A stretch of DNA of 64,000 bases from Oligoflexia bacterium (lineage in GTDB: Bacteria; Bdellovibrionota; UBA1018): positions 608,001 to 672,000 of the forward strand of contig CAVWVI010000003.1 of the NCBI GenBank assembly GCA_963758495.1, given 5' to 3'. Position 1 is the first letter of the stretch, and each line of letters begins with the position of its first letter. Under the pieces are notes generated by a model. It made no database searches. It had not been told where the DNA came from and saw only the letters and a list, made by a program, of their open reading frames with translations. Positions 38,099 to 47,352 of this stretch are shown one piece after another. The position numbers were made by a program, and so were the translations under genes.

Positions 38099-38650
38099 TC
38101 AACTTTCTCGGACAATCCTGAGCTTCTTGATTCCAACTTCCTCACGAGGTCGATCCATAGGACCCGTTTGAACACTTCCGAGCTTTTCCAATACATCTAG
38201 CCCTTTCACGACACTACCAAAAACTGAATGCTTGCCATCCAGCCACTGAGTGGGAACCAAGGTAATGAAAAACTGGCTGCCATTTGTATTTGGACCCGAA
38301 TTTGCCATAGATAAAACGCCTGCTGCGTTGTGTTTGAGCGTTGGATGAAACTCATCCTTAAATCGATAGCCCGGCCCCCCCGTACCCAGACCTAACCGAT
38401 CGCCACCTTGAACCATAAAATTTTTGATAATTCGATGAAAAATCGTTCCATCGTAAAAAGGATCAGTGCAGCTTTTTCCAGATTTTGGATCGGTGTAATC
38501 TTTCTCACCATTTGCTAAAGTCACAAAGTTTTTAACGGTTTCAGGTGCCTTTTCCTCCTCAAGCTTACAAGTGATATCGCCCAAAGTTGTTTCAAAAACC
38601 GCATAAAGACCTTTACCTAAACCTAAATTCTCTTCCACTGTAGATCGCAT
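38099..38650 (-). CDS. Cyclophilin-type peptidyl-prolyl isomerase
   Basis: FHRIIKNFMVQGGD, SMANSGPNTNGSQFFIT, WLDGKH. Confidence 0.95.
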   Translation of the reverse strand: MRSTVEENLGLGKGLYAVFETTLGDITCKLEEEKAPETVKNFVTLANGEKDYTDPKSGKSCTDPFYDGTIFHRIIKNFMVQGGDRLGLGTGGPGYRFKDEFHPTLKHNAAGVLSMANSGPNTNGSQFFITLVPTQWLDGKHSVFGSVVKGLDVLEKLGSVQTGPMDRPREEVGIKKLRIVRES

Positions 38651-38728
38651 AATAGACTCCTTTTTACAGAGCGGTATCATGAATTCACTCAAGCCAGAAG
38701 CGGAAAGCAGAAGATCAGGCCCCTAGAC

Positions 38729-39196
38729 CTAAGAGGACTCATTTGATGACTTGAGTTGCTGCAATATACTGATTAACACCTCAGAGTTAGAGGCAAAGCA
38801 AATGAGCTTTAATGCCTCGTCCGCACTCACCCATCGATAATCATCATGTTCATGAGGGTCTAAGCGCACCCGAGGCGGTAAACGATCTTTGGAAACTATC
38901 ATGATCAAAAATCCGTACTCTACGACTTGCGATCCACGACTCTCAAACTGAAATGGCCTTCCTACCGATTGGGGATAGCCGGAAAAGGACAATCCGGTTT
39001 CCTCTTCAGCCTCTCGTAATGCAGCCTTATCCAAAGACTCCCCTTTTTCAACACTTCCAGTCACCGGTTGCCAAAAGCCTCCCCTTTGAGGGAGCGTTCT
39101 CAGAATCAAAAAAGAATACAAGCCTTCATTGAGATGATGAAAGCAAATCCATACTTGAACCTTTTGTTTTATTTTCTGAAAAATGGGATACCTCAA
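38729..39196 (-). CDS. NUDIX hydrolase (NudB-like)
   Basis: WQPVTGSVEKGESLDKAALREAEEETG. Confidence 0.88.
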   Translation of the reverse strand: MRYPIFQKIKQKVQVWICFHHLNEGLYSFLILRTLPQRGGFWQPVTGSVEKGESLDKAALREAEEETGLSFSGYPQSVGRPFQFESRGSQVVEYGFLIMIVSKDRLPPRVRLDPHEHDDYRWVSADEALKLICFASNSEVLISILQQLKSSNESS

Positions 39197-39244
39197 AGTA
39201 AGCGAAACTCTCTCATGAGTCAGTCACAAGTCTCTTAAATTAAT

Positions 39245-40825
39245 TTAATACCAATTGAGTGGGGCTTCATCCAAGTTGTCGGTCACCTGTTTAACCTCTA
39301 AATACTCTTCGATGCCGTAGGTACCGAGCTCTCTTCCTATTCCACTTTGTTTATATCCACCCCAAGGGAGTTCATTGTAAGTGGTATTGAAAGTATTGAT
39401 CCACACAATGCCGACACGAAGCTGCCCTTTAACTCGGTTTGCTCGAGCTTTATCTTTTGTCCAGATTCCTGCTGCTAACCCGTATTCTGAGTCATTAGCT
39501 AATTCGATGGCTTCTTCCTCAGTCTCAAATGGCATAACAGTGAGGACAGGACCAAAGATTTCTTCCCGCGCGATTCGCATAGAAGGTTTTACATTGTCAA
39601 AAATAGTAGGTTCTAGGAAATTTCCATTAGCAAATTCCTGACCCTCGGGTCGTTTTCCACCGCAGCGGAGGGTTGCACCTTCTTGAATTCCGATTCGAAT
39701 GTACTCTTCCACTCTATTTCTATGAGCGGCAGAAATCAGAGGACCCATTTTTACATCTGGGTTCAGACCCTGTCCTAATTTAATCCGTGGAATTTTCTTG
39801 AGCATCGCCTCGATGAATGCTTGATAAATGGTTCGCTCTACCAAAAGACGAGAGCCAGAAGAGCAGACTTCTCCTTGGTTAGCGAAGATTCCAACGAGGG
39901 CGCCATCGACAGCAGCTTCAAAATTCGAATCTGCAAAAACAATATTAGCGCTTTTTCCACCCAGTTCTAACGAGCATTTTTTAAGGGTTTCTGCAGCTGC
40001 ATGCGCTACTTTGCGTCCAGTTACTGTGCCTCCGGTGAAAGCAAGCTTATCTACCTGAGGATGAGAGGTCAGTTCTTCTCCTGCTCCAGCTCCTGGACCT
40101 GTAACGATATTCACCACGCCGGGAGGGAGGTTTAAATCCATGATGATTTGAGCTAGTTCCAGTGCGGTGACAGGAGTCATTTCAGAGGGCTTTAGAACAC
40201 ACGTATTGCCTGCAGCAAGTGCAGGTGCGAGTTTCCAGGCTGCCATGAGAAGAGGGTAGTTCCAAGGAATGATTTGTCCGCACACGCCGATTGGTTCGCG
40301 GACTACAGAGCATTTTACATTGTTTATTGGAACTTGAACGGGTTCTTCAGTGAGTTTAACTGCTAAATTGCCATAATACTCAAAAAGGTTCGCTGTATCT
40401 GTGATATCGGCTTCAGCTTCTCTGAGGGGTTTTCCATTATTTCTGACTTCAAGCTCAGCGAGCATTTTGGCCCGCGTCCGAATGGCTTCAGCTATTTTGA
40501 AAAGAATCTCTTTTCGATCTTGAGTCGTCGTTTTACGCCAAGGGCCGTGATCAAATGCTTCCCGTGCAGCATGGATGGCTTTAGCTACGTCCTCTCGGCT
40601 GCTCTCAGGAACGATTGCAATGAGCTCGTTATTGGCGGGATCTCGGATTTCTCGAGTAGCGCTATTTTTTGCATCTGTCCACTGACCGCTGATCATCATC
40701 TGATATTTCTTCACGTCATTCTCTCCTGCGAAACTAACGTGAGTATCGAAAGCAGTAGAGATGAGCATTAAGAAAATTTGAGTCGTAAAAAATTTTAAAA
40801 GAATCTTATTGTATTTTTTCATCAT
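39245..40825 (-). CDS. NAD-dependent aldehyde dehydrogenase (betaine-aldehyde DH-like)
   Basis: PWNYP, FTGG, LELGGK, GEVCSS, EEIFGP. Confidence 0.93.
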   Translation of the reverse strand: MMKKYNKILLKFFTTQIFLMLISTAFDTHVSFAGENDVKKYQMMISGQWTDAKNSATREIRDPANNELIAIVPESSREDVAKAIHAAREAFDHGPWRKTTTQDRKEILFKIAEAIRTRAKMLAELEVRNNGKPLREAEADITDTANLFEYYGNLAVKLTEEPVQVPINNVKCSVVREPIGVCGQIIPWNYPLLMAAWKLAPALAAGNTCVLKPSEMTPVTALELAQIIMDLNLPPGVVNIVTGPGAGAGEELTSHPQVDKLAFTGGTVTGRKVAHAAAETLKKCSLELGGKSANIVFADSNFEAAVDGALVGIFANQGEVCSSGSRLLVERTIYQAFIEAMLKKIPRIKLGQGLNPDVKMGPLISAAHRNRVEEYIRIGIQEGATLRCGGKRPEGQEFANGNFLEPTIFDNVKPSMRIAREEIFGPVLTVMPFETEEEAIELANDSEYGLAAGIWTKDKARANRVKGQLRVGIVWINTFNTTYNELPWGGYKQSGIGRELGTYGIEEYLEVKQVTDNLDEAPLNWY

Positions 40826-40945
40826 GAGAATGCCATGGCTAACATTCTAGACTATGCATGTCAAACGATGAGGGATCAGGGGAATGTCGGATCTGATCAT
40901 CCCCTCGTATCCCCCCATGAACCGAATTGACATGAGCCGAATTGA

Positions 40946-41890
40946 TTAAAGACAATGAGTCAAAGTAATGCTCGAAGCGGTCCCACCTGATGGAGTGAGC
41001 GTTGCTTGTCCGCAAGTCGATGAGAATACCAGAGTTTCAGATTTTCCGTCGTAGGGTCCACCCGAATAAGATGTTGAAATCGTTCCACCCGTGGGGAAAC
41101 AGCATCCCGCAGTATGGGTGAGTGGACTTGCAACGGTTGTGACAGACATAAATTGAGCTAGATTATGTTGAACGCGAACCGTCATGGAAGAAATCACCCG
41201 AGTTCCACCTGTTCCCGTCATCACAACAGGGTCATCAGTGGAAACTGTATGATCCCATTTAGGTAGACTGACAGAAGATCCTGTGTAATGCACTCCGTTG
41301 ATCACTATGGATCTTCCGCTGGAACAACCGGAAGATCCACACGTAATGGTCATTCCTCCTGTTTTAGGAGTTGAATAACCGCTGGAGTCCTGAGTCGTCG
41401 TTACGATGGAATTTGAACCTGCAGTCCGAGTCAAACCCGTTGTATCCGTGGTACGAGTAAAGACCGCATTAGCAGCACTATTCTTAGGAGAGTTCACACA
41501 CGAGCCAGTTGTCCAAGTAAAGATCATATTTCCAGTCCAACTTACAGCTCCAGTTGTGCAACCGTTGCCGGAGGTCCCTAAATCATAAGTTAAAGTGCTT
41601 CCAGAGCAGCTAGCTCCAGCAGCGATACTTGAGCACGTTGTACCCCAAGCATTCTGGAGTAAGGAAAACTGATCCTTCACACTTGCAAATAGACTTTTTT
41701 TTATCGTTGGACCCATATTTAGAAGAGCAATGGTGCCCTCTGTTGAGCTTGAAGCTCCGGCTACAGACGATGCTGCTATTTCCGATCCCGATCCATTGGA
41801 GGTAGTGGAAGAACCGCTTGAGCCGCAACCGTTGATCAGTAAAGTGAACACAGAAAGTAGAACTAGAACGAATCCGGTTTTATATTTCAT
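40946..41890 (-). CDS. Ser/Thr/Gly-rich lipoprotein with multiple Cys
   Basis: Lipobox INGC; low-complexity composition. Confidence 0.75.
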   Translation of the reverse strand: MKYKTGFVLVLLSVFTLLINGCGSSGSSTTSNGSGSEIAASSVAGASSSTEGTIALLNMGPTIKKSLFASVKDQFSLLQNAWGTTCSSIAAGASCSGSTLTYDLGTSGNGCTTGAVSWTGNMIFTWTTGSCVNSPKNSAANAVFTRTTDTTGLTRTAGSNSIVTTTQDSSGYSTPKTGGMTITCGSSGCSSGRSIVINGVHYTGSSVSLPKWDHTVSTDDPVVMTGTGGTRVISSMTVRVQHNLAQFMSVTTVASPLTHTAGCCFPTGGTISTSYSGGPYDGKSETLVFSSTCGQATLTPSGGTASSITLTHCL

Positions 41891-41982
41891 TGGTAATAAT
41901 CCATCCTCTCTAAATTTGTTTTGTTATTACTATTGCATTTTTAGTGAAATAATTAAAATCTATTTATGAAAGATAAATAGAT

Positions 41983-42840
41983 ATGACATTTAATAAATCG
42001 ATCTTAAATTTCAAATTTAATTTGATATGGATAGGGTGGGTTTTGTGCTTGGGCGTAGGACCTCTTGCGCGGGCAAGCTGGGAATTCTTACCCGAATCGA
42101 GGCATCAGCTTTTCCAAACCTACAGTTTTTTTATCGAGCAGCATAATATCCTCGTTTATAGAGGAGAAGGTCGCTACTGGGCTGCCGTGAGTGCTAACCT
42201 TCCATTGGTTGGAAATAATGAGTTGTCTACTCACCCTCAGCTCCTGTTTCATTTCTCCGGAAATGACTCGATGCATGTCGATGATGAAGGAGGAGTGTTC
42301 ACAGAGACTCTTGATACTCGAATAGGCTTAATGTTTGAAATAGTGACACCTCAGTTTTTGGGTTTGAAATGGTCAATCGGGTTGTTTCATGAATCTGGAC
42401 ATACGGTGGATGGATCCCAAGACCCGAGCTTGGCGCCCCTGAATCTGGGAGATAACGTGCTTCGGGCACGAGTACTCCGTGATTTTGGAACCAAGATACG
42501 CGCAGGTATTACCTATGTGCCCGTGATCCACGCTATTCCAGATAACTTAAATGCCGGAATGAATGAATTTATTGAATACTTCCCTTGGGGATCTAAAGAG
42601 GATCATTCAGCGTCTCCATTTTTGGCAATGGGTTTGGCAAATGGTATTTCTTTCACGGGATCGAGCACATTTCATGCGCAGTTGGGGCTTTCATTTGGTT
42701 CACATTTTCAAGATCGGCACACTCACGATGCTCGATTGGTTGTCGGTTATTACAACGGAGTCGATCCTCGCGCCAAGTATTCTCAATTTGACGGAGATAG
42801 GGGAGCTTTTGAATACCTGGGCATTATGTTTGATATTTAG
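41983..42840 (+). CDS. Hypothetical exported / outer-membrane protein
   Basis: Signal peptide ARA; HESGH motif; beta-strand-like C-terminus. Confidence 0.65.
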   Translation: MTFNKSILNFKFNLIWIGWVLCLGVGPLARASWEFLPESRHQLFQTYSFFIEQHNILVYRGEGRYWAAVSANLPLVGNNELSTHPQLLFHFSGNDSMHVDDEGGVFTETLDTRIGLMFEIVTPQFLGLKWSIGLFHESGHTVDGSQDPSLAPLNLGDNVLRARVLRDFGTKIRAGITYVPVIHAIPDNLNAGMNEFIEYFPWGSKEDHSASPFLAMGLANGISFTGSSTFHAQLGLSFGSHFQDRHTHDARLVVGYYNGVDPRAKYSQFDGDRGAFEYLGIMFDI

Positions 42841-42897
42841 GCGTTTTAGTCGAGATCAGGGAGGACCTATTAATAGTCAGCTATTCATTTTCGTTAA

Positions 42898-43017
42898 AAT
42901 CATCGACTTCAACCTGAAGAAAACCCGTCTCTTTTGAAAAAAATAAAAGGAAAGAAATTTGGAAAAATTAAGAAAAGTTCACTTGAACTTTTACTCGAAG
43001 ATAGAGACTCGCGATGA
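42898..43017 (+). pseudogene. 5'-truncated antitoxin remnant
   Basis: ...KKSSLELLLEDRDSR* overlapping vapC start (ATGA); no start codon, in-frame stop at 42895. Confidence 0.55.
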
Positions 43018-43430
43018 TTGCATACATTGACTCATCTGTATTACCCAGAATCTTATTAGACGAAGAAGGAAAGATTGAAGAATTTAAAAAAATTGAACGA
43101 GGTATTTCAAGCGTATTACTCAAAATTGAATGCCTTAGGACTTTAGATCAACTAAAATTCGAAAATCAATATAGTGACGACGAGTACATAGAGTCACGCT
43201 CACTCTTTCTTTCGGCTTTTAAGAAAATATCATTCATTAAACTGAGCAACTCAATCGTTGAATCCTCCTGTCGGCCCTGGGAAATACCTGTTAAGAGTCT
43301 TAATGCAATTCACCTAGCTTCTGCTCTTCAATGGAAACAAAATGAAGAAAAGAACTTAATGTTTCTTACTCACGACAAACGACTTGGGAACGTGGCCAAG
43401 TCCAATGGATTGGACGTTATTGGACTTTAG
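43014..43430 (+). CDS. VapC/PIN-domain toxin (possibly inactivated)
   Basis: AYIDSS, E, KSLNAIHLASA, LTHDKRL. Confidence 0.8.
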   Translation: MIAYIDSSVLPRILLDEEGKIEEFKKIERGISSVLLKIECLRTLDQLKFENQYSDDEYIESRSLFLSAFKKISFIKLSNSIVESSCRPWEIPVKSLNAIHLASALQWKQNEEKNLMFLTHDKRLGNVAKSNGLDVIGL

Positions 43431-43716
43431 TCCCACCGCGAGGGAGAAAATGCCACGATTTTAAATAAATGAGCGAGGCTATCCGAGTACTTCTTACCGT
43501 TGTAAGAATAAGAGCAATCCTTGCCTCTGTCGATTCTTCGACCCCTTTCTCTACATAATCAGCCAAAAGAATATGTTGATTTATTGTGTTCAGCCATTGC
43601 GAAACTAGAGTAACTTAAGCTATAAGAAAGTCTTAACGCATCCTTCTTGAATTTAAAAAGCTCAGAAGTTATCGCGTTGAAAGGGGATTGATAACCCAGT
43701 GGTTGATCATGATTAT

Positions 43717-43792
43717 GCCGATGTAGCTCAGTTGGTAGAGCAACGCTTTCGTAAAGCGTAGGTCGTGTGTTCGATTCACATCATCGGCTCCA
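43717..43792 (+). tRNA. tRNA-Thr(CGU)
   Basis: GCCGATGTAGCTCAGTTGGTAGAGCAACGCTTTCGTAAAGCGTAGGTCGTGTGTTCGATTCACATCATCGGCTCCA. Confidence 0.96.
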
Positions 43793-43954
43793 GTTTAAAT
43801 GTTACATTCTAAATTAATTTGCACTTAAATATTAAATAATAAAATCTAAAACTAGCTGATCTATAAGGTGTTTTCTTAATTTTGACATTAAAAGTCAAGT
43901 AATGGCCGCACTCAAGTATAAGTTGATTTTCTGAAGTTTAAGTTGAATTTTACG

Positions 43955-44926
43955 TCAGCCTAAAGAGGCTGTACGAGTAAAAATCACACTAGGGAGCCAG
44001 GTATAGTGGAAGGCAAATTGAGCTGACCAACCGAGCCGAGTGAGCAGAGAGGAGTCTTGGCGGGTCGAGTGAAGGTGACCGCAGGTTTGTCTTAGAATAC
44101 GAACAGGGATAGGAACTCCGACCGCAGCGATGGTAGCTTGCGCTATCAAAGTAGCAACGTATTCAGATGAGACAGGGCGATTGTGATTTCCTCTGGGTGG
44201 CAATATGAGTGACTGACGGGGGTAGGTCCATTTTGTTTTTTTGTAAATATTTAACCAATGTAGATAGTATCGTCTTTGAAGCTTAAAGAACCAGTCTGGC
44301 GAGGACTGGAGTTGGAGCTTCTGAGGCCGATTATAAAGTCGTCTTCCTTTTGTTCTCTGAGTACGATGATGAACGATGTTGAGAGTGGCCTGATCTTCCA
44401 TACAAAGAGTAGCAAGACGAAGGTCCTCACGACTCCAGCCGTAAAATAAAATAAGACTCAGAAGCAATGCTTGCTGAGGATCTGACTTGGGGGTTTTTAT
44501 GAAGGCAAAGATTTTTTTGATCTGAGATTCATCACATACTGTTAACTGCCCAGGAGATCTACTGACGATCACACTCTCTGCCGGATTAACAACTATATGC
44601 CGATTGGATTTTAAGAAACGGTAGAAACTATTGAAGCATGATAGAGCCTTTCGGCGATAGCCGAGATCCCCCGCATAAAGGCATGACAGGTATTTGAGAT
44701 AGTCCTCCATCATTCTTGGAGTGACATGCAATAGTGATACAGGGGCATCCAGAGTCTTTAGCCATTGGTTAAAATTGTCAATTGCATGCAAATAATGAAG
44801 ACAAGTAGCGTCCGCTCTTTTTGTCCTTTGCAGCATTTCCACGAAGCTTTGAAGAAGGGGATGTATTTCTGCATCAATTCGAATCTTTATGAGTTCAAAT
44901 CGGTGGTGATATTCACTCAAATGCAA
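43955..44926 (-). CDS. Tyrosine-recombinase-like protein, probably 5'-truncated, atypical catalytic motifs
   Basis: SAM-like core-binding domain (YL..L...FYRFL...NP); GWSREDL; RILRQT; LGW...Y; next to tRNA 3' end. Confidence 0.7.
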   Translation of the reverse strand: MHLSEYHHRFELIKIRIDAEIHPLLQSFVEMLQRTKRADATCLHYLHAIDNFNQWLKTLDAPVSLLHVTPRMMEDYLKYLSCLYAGDLGYRRKALSCFNSFYRFLKSNRHIVVNPAESVIVSRSPGQLTVCDESQIKKIFAFIKTPKSDPQQALLLSLILFYGWSREDLRLATLCMEDQATLNIVHHRTQRTKGRRLYNRPQKLQLQSSPDWFFKLQRRYYLHWLNIYKKTKWTYPRQSLILPPRGNHNRPVSSEYVATLIAQATIAAVGVPIPVRILRQTCGHLHSTRQDSSLLTRLGWSAQFAFHYTWLPSVIFTRTASLG

Positions 44927-45138
44927 AAGTTATTTTTCCAAAAACACATGATTTGAGTGTTCTTATCGATTTATTAGTACAAAGCCAAATTATAGTCCCG
45001 TTTTTGGAGGATGATCTTGAAGAATTGACCCCATATGCGGTCACTTTCCGATACGATGAAAGCTCAGATAAGCATCCCCTTTTGGGGATGCTGGCCCCCC
45101 AACACGTTCTAAGTAACATTCAGGTCCAAGGACTTTAG
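44923..45138 (+). pseudogene. C-terminal fragment of a HEPN-domain protein
   Basis: FPKTHDLSVLIDLL...LEELTPYAVTFRY motifs; no N-terminus. Confidence 0.6.
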
Positions 45139-45343
45139 GAAAGTCCTTGGGATGGAAGTACAAAACAGGAGGTTTCTGCTTCACCTGTTGATTATAATTT
45201 TCGATTTCCCTCATCTGCTTTTCACCCTGAGCCTGATAAACTTCAAGGCAAGCTTGAATTCCTGAAGCCGCATGTGTGTAAGAATGAGTGACTAATATCA
45301 GAGTGATTACAATCGCTGATTTTTTTAAGACTTGGGTAAACAT
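45041..45343 (-). CDS. Small secreted hypothetical protein (possibly truncated)
   Basis: MFTQVLKKSAIVITLILVTHSYTHA signal peptide. Confidence 0.45.
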   Translation of the reverse strand: MFTQVLKKSAIVITLILVTHSYTHAASGIQACLEVYQAQGEKQMREIENYNQQVKQKPPVLYFHPKDFPKVLGPECYLERVGGPASPKGDAYLSFHRIGK

Positions 45344-45716
45344 TCGTGCTCCAAATGGGTACGAGTAGGAATTAGACGCACCTTGCTGCAATCGGTAGAT
45401 TTTGCCAACTCTCGGATGAGCGTGCGAAAGTATCGTCAGGTCGAATTGCCAAGCCGGCTACAACTTAAAATCAAAGAAAAGAGTGCAGAAGCAGCCAGAA
45501 AGTGTCGGGAGCTAAAATCCGAATAACATATTGTAATTTATATCGTTTTATGACCTAGACCCAACATAGAATAAAATTTATTGCATTAACTTCTAGAAAA
45601 GAATTACACTAACCTCTAGTAAATATTTACATTATTTTCGAGTGATTTTGTATTCTACAGAAGAACAACAAGTCTCGACTCATTGCATAGCAGTACCAAA
45701 AGAATCGAGAATTTTT

Positions 45717-47252
45717 ATGAACCACATCCTTGCCGATTCTCTCCAAAAAGCCAAAGAAGCCTCAAAGAATGGTGTAGTGCGCTCAAAAAATATCGATCGA
45801 GGAGTCAGAGAACGACTCGTAAAAGCTCATTTTTTAACCGAAGTCATTCGTGGCTGGTATTTGCTTACAAGTCCAACAGGAGCCGGCACAACGATTCTCT
45901 GGTACAGCAATTATTGGGAATTTATTAAACAGTATTTAACCGATCGCTTTGGAGAAGATGGATATTGCCTATCACCAGAATCCTCTTTGGATGTAATCGC
46001 AGCCCACACCTTGATCTCACAGCAACTCATAGTCATTACAAAAAAATCTTCTAATCAATTGATCACCTTGCCTCATGACACATCTATCATGCTTTATTGC
46101 GATACGAATCATTTTCCAACCACCCTCATTCAGAGAAATGGTTTGAACTTGATCCCCTTAGCGGATGCACTCTGTAGAGTGGCTCCTACTTATTTTCAGA
46201 ATAATAGTTTAAATACAGAAATTTGCTTAAAACTTGTGGAGTCCTCTGCTGAAATTTCCAGAGTTCTTTTAACTATGCAATCACCCACTGCGGCCAATAG
46301 AATAACGGGTGCTTATCAACGCATCGGGGATCAAAATAGAGCCGAGCATGTCGTTAAAGACATGGCTGCTGCTGGCATGACTGTCCATCCTGAAGACCCA
46401 TTTAATAAAGTATCGCAGTTTTTTGAGAAAGTAAGACTGTCTTCTCCTTATGCCGGCCGAATGCAATCAATGTGGAAACAAATGCGTTCCTCCGTTATAG
46501 AAACATTTCCAAACCCACCGAAGACTCATCAAGATGTACAGAAATCTCTTCGAATCATTGGAATGTTATATAAAGAGGACGCGTACCACTCCCTATCTAT
46601 AGAAGGATATCAAGTCACTGAAGATATGATTCTTCGAATTAAAGAGGGCAACTGGAATCCTGATAGCGAAAAATCGGATGCTGAGCATCGAAACGCCTTA
46701 GCGGCAAAAGGCTATTTAGGTGCCTTTAATTCTGTTACAGAAAGCATTACCAAAGTCCTAAAAGGCTCAAATTCTGGGAAAGTATTTGCGAGTGACCTAC
46801 AGACCTGGTATCGGGAACTTTTTGCCCCTTTAGTCCAAGCTCAATTATTAGCGCCATCAAACCTCGCCGGTTATCGAAATAATCAAGTTTATATTTCGAA
46901 CTCTCGTCATTTACCCCCTCCTTCGAGCGCCATACTTGATTCTATGGATACTTTGCAAAATCTCTTAGTAGAGGAAAAGGATGCTCGCGTCAGAGCTGTA
47001 CTTGGACATTTTATTTTTGTTTTTATACATCCCTATATGGATGGAAATGGCCGAATTGGCAGATTTCTAATGAATTTGATGCTGCTATCTGGCGGATATA
47101 ATTGGACTGTCATTAGGACATCCGAAAGAACCCGCTATATGGACTCTTTGGAAGCCGCCTCGACACAAGGAAAAATCGAAAACTTTTCCAAATTTATCGC
47201 ATCTGAAATGGATTTCTGGAAAAAAGAAATTTCTAAAATGAATATCCCCTAG
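45717..47252 (+). CDS. Fic-domain protein
   Basis: Canonical HPYMDGNGRIGR; SLSIEG; long N-terminal region. Confidence 0.9.
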   Translation: MNHILADSLQKAKEASKNGVVRSKNIDRGVRERLVKAHFLTEVIRGWYLLTSPTGAGTTILWYSNYWEFIKQYLTDRFGEDGYCLSPESSLDVIAAHTLISQQLIVITKKSSNQLITLPHDTSIMLYCDTNHFPTTLIQRNGLNLIPLADALCRVAPTYFQNNSLNTEICLKLVESSAEISRVLLTMQSPTAANRITGAYQRIGDQNRAEHVVKDMAAAGMTVHPEDPFNKVSQFFEKVRLSSPYAGRMQSMWKQMRSSVIETFPNPPKTHQDVQKSLRIIGMLYKEDAYHSLSIEGYQVTEDMILRIKEGNWNPDSEKSDAEHRNALAAKGYLGAFNSVTESITKVLKGSNSGKVFASDLQTWYRELFAPLVQAQLLAPSNLAGYRNNQVYISNSRHLPPPSSAILDSMDTLQNLLVEEKDARVRAVLGHFIFVFIHPYMDGNGRIGRFLMNLMLLSGGYNWTVIRTSERTRYMDSLEAASTQGKIENFSKFIASEMDFWKKEISKMNIP

Positions 47253-47352
47253 CAAGTCTTCGATATACAAATGAGTTTAAGAAAATAATAAACCTTTTCA
47301 GGATTAGTTTCATTCATTTAACTCTAAGCGAACCGCACCTAAAGATAATAAA

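Noticed and set aside
43793..47350. Second att copy of tRNA-Thr 3' end delimiting an island
   Set aside because: No duplicate of CATCATCGGCTCCA found by eye in the window
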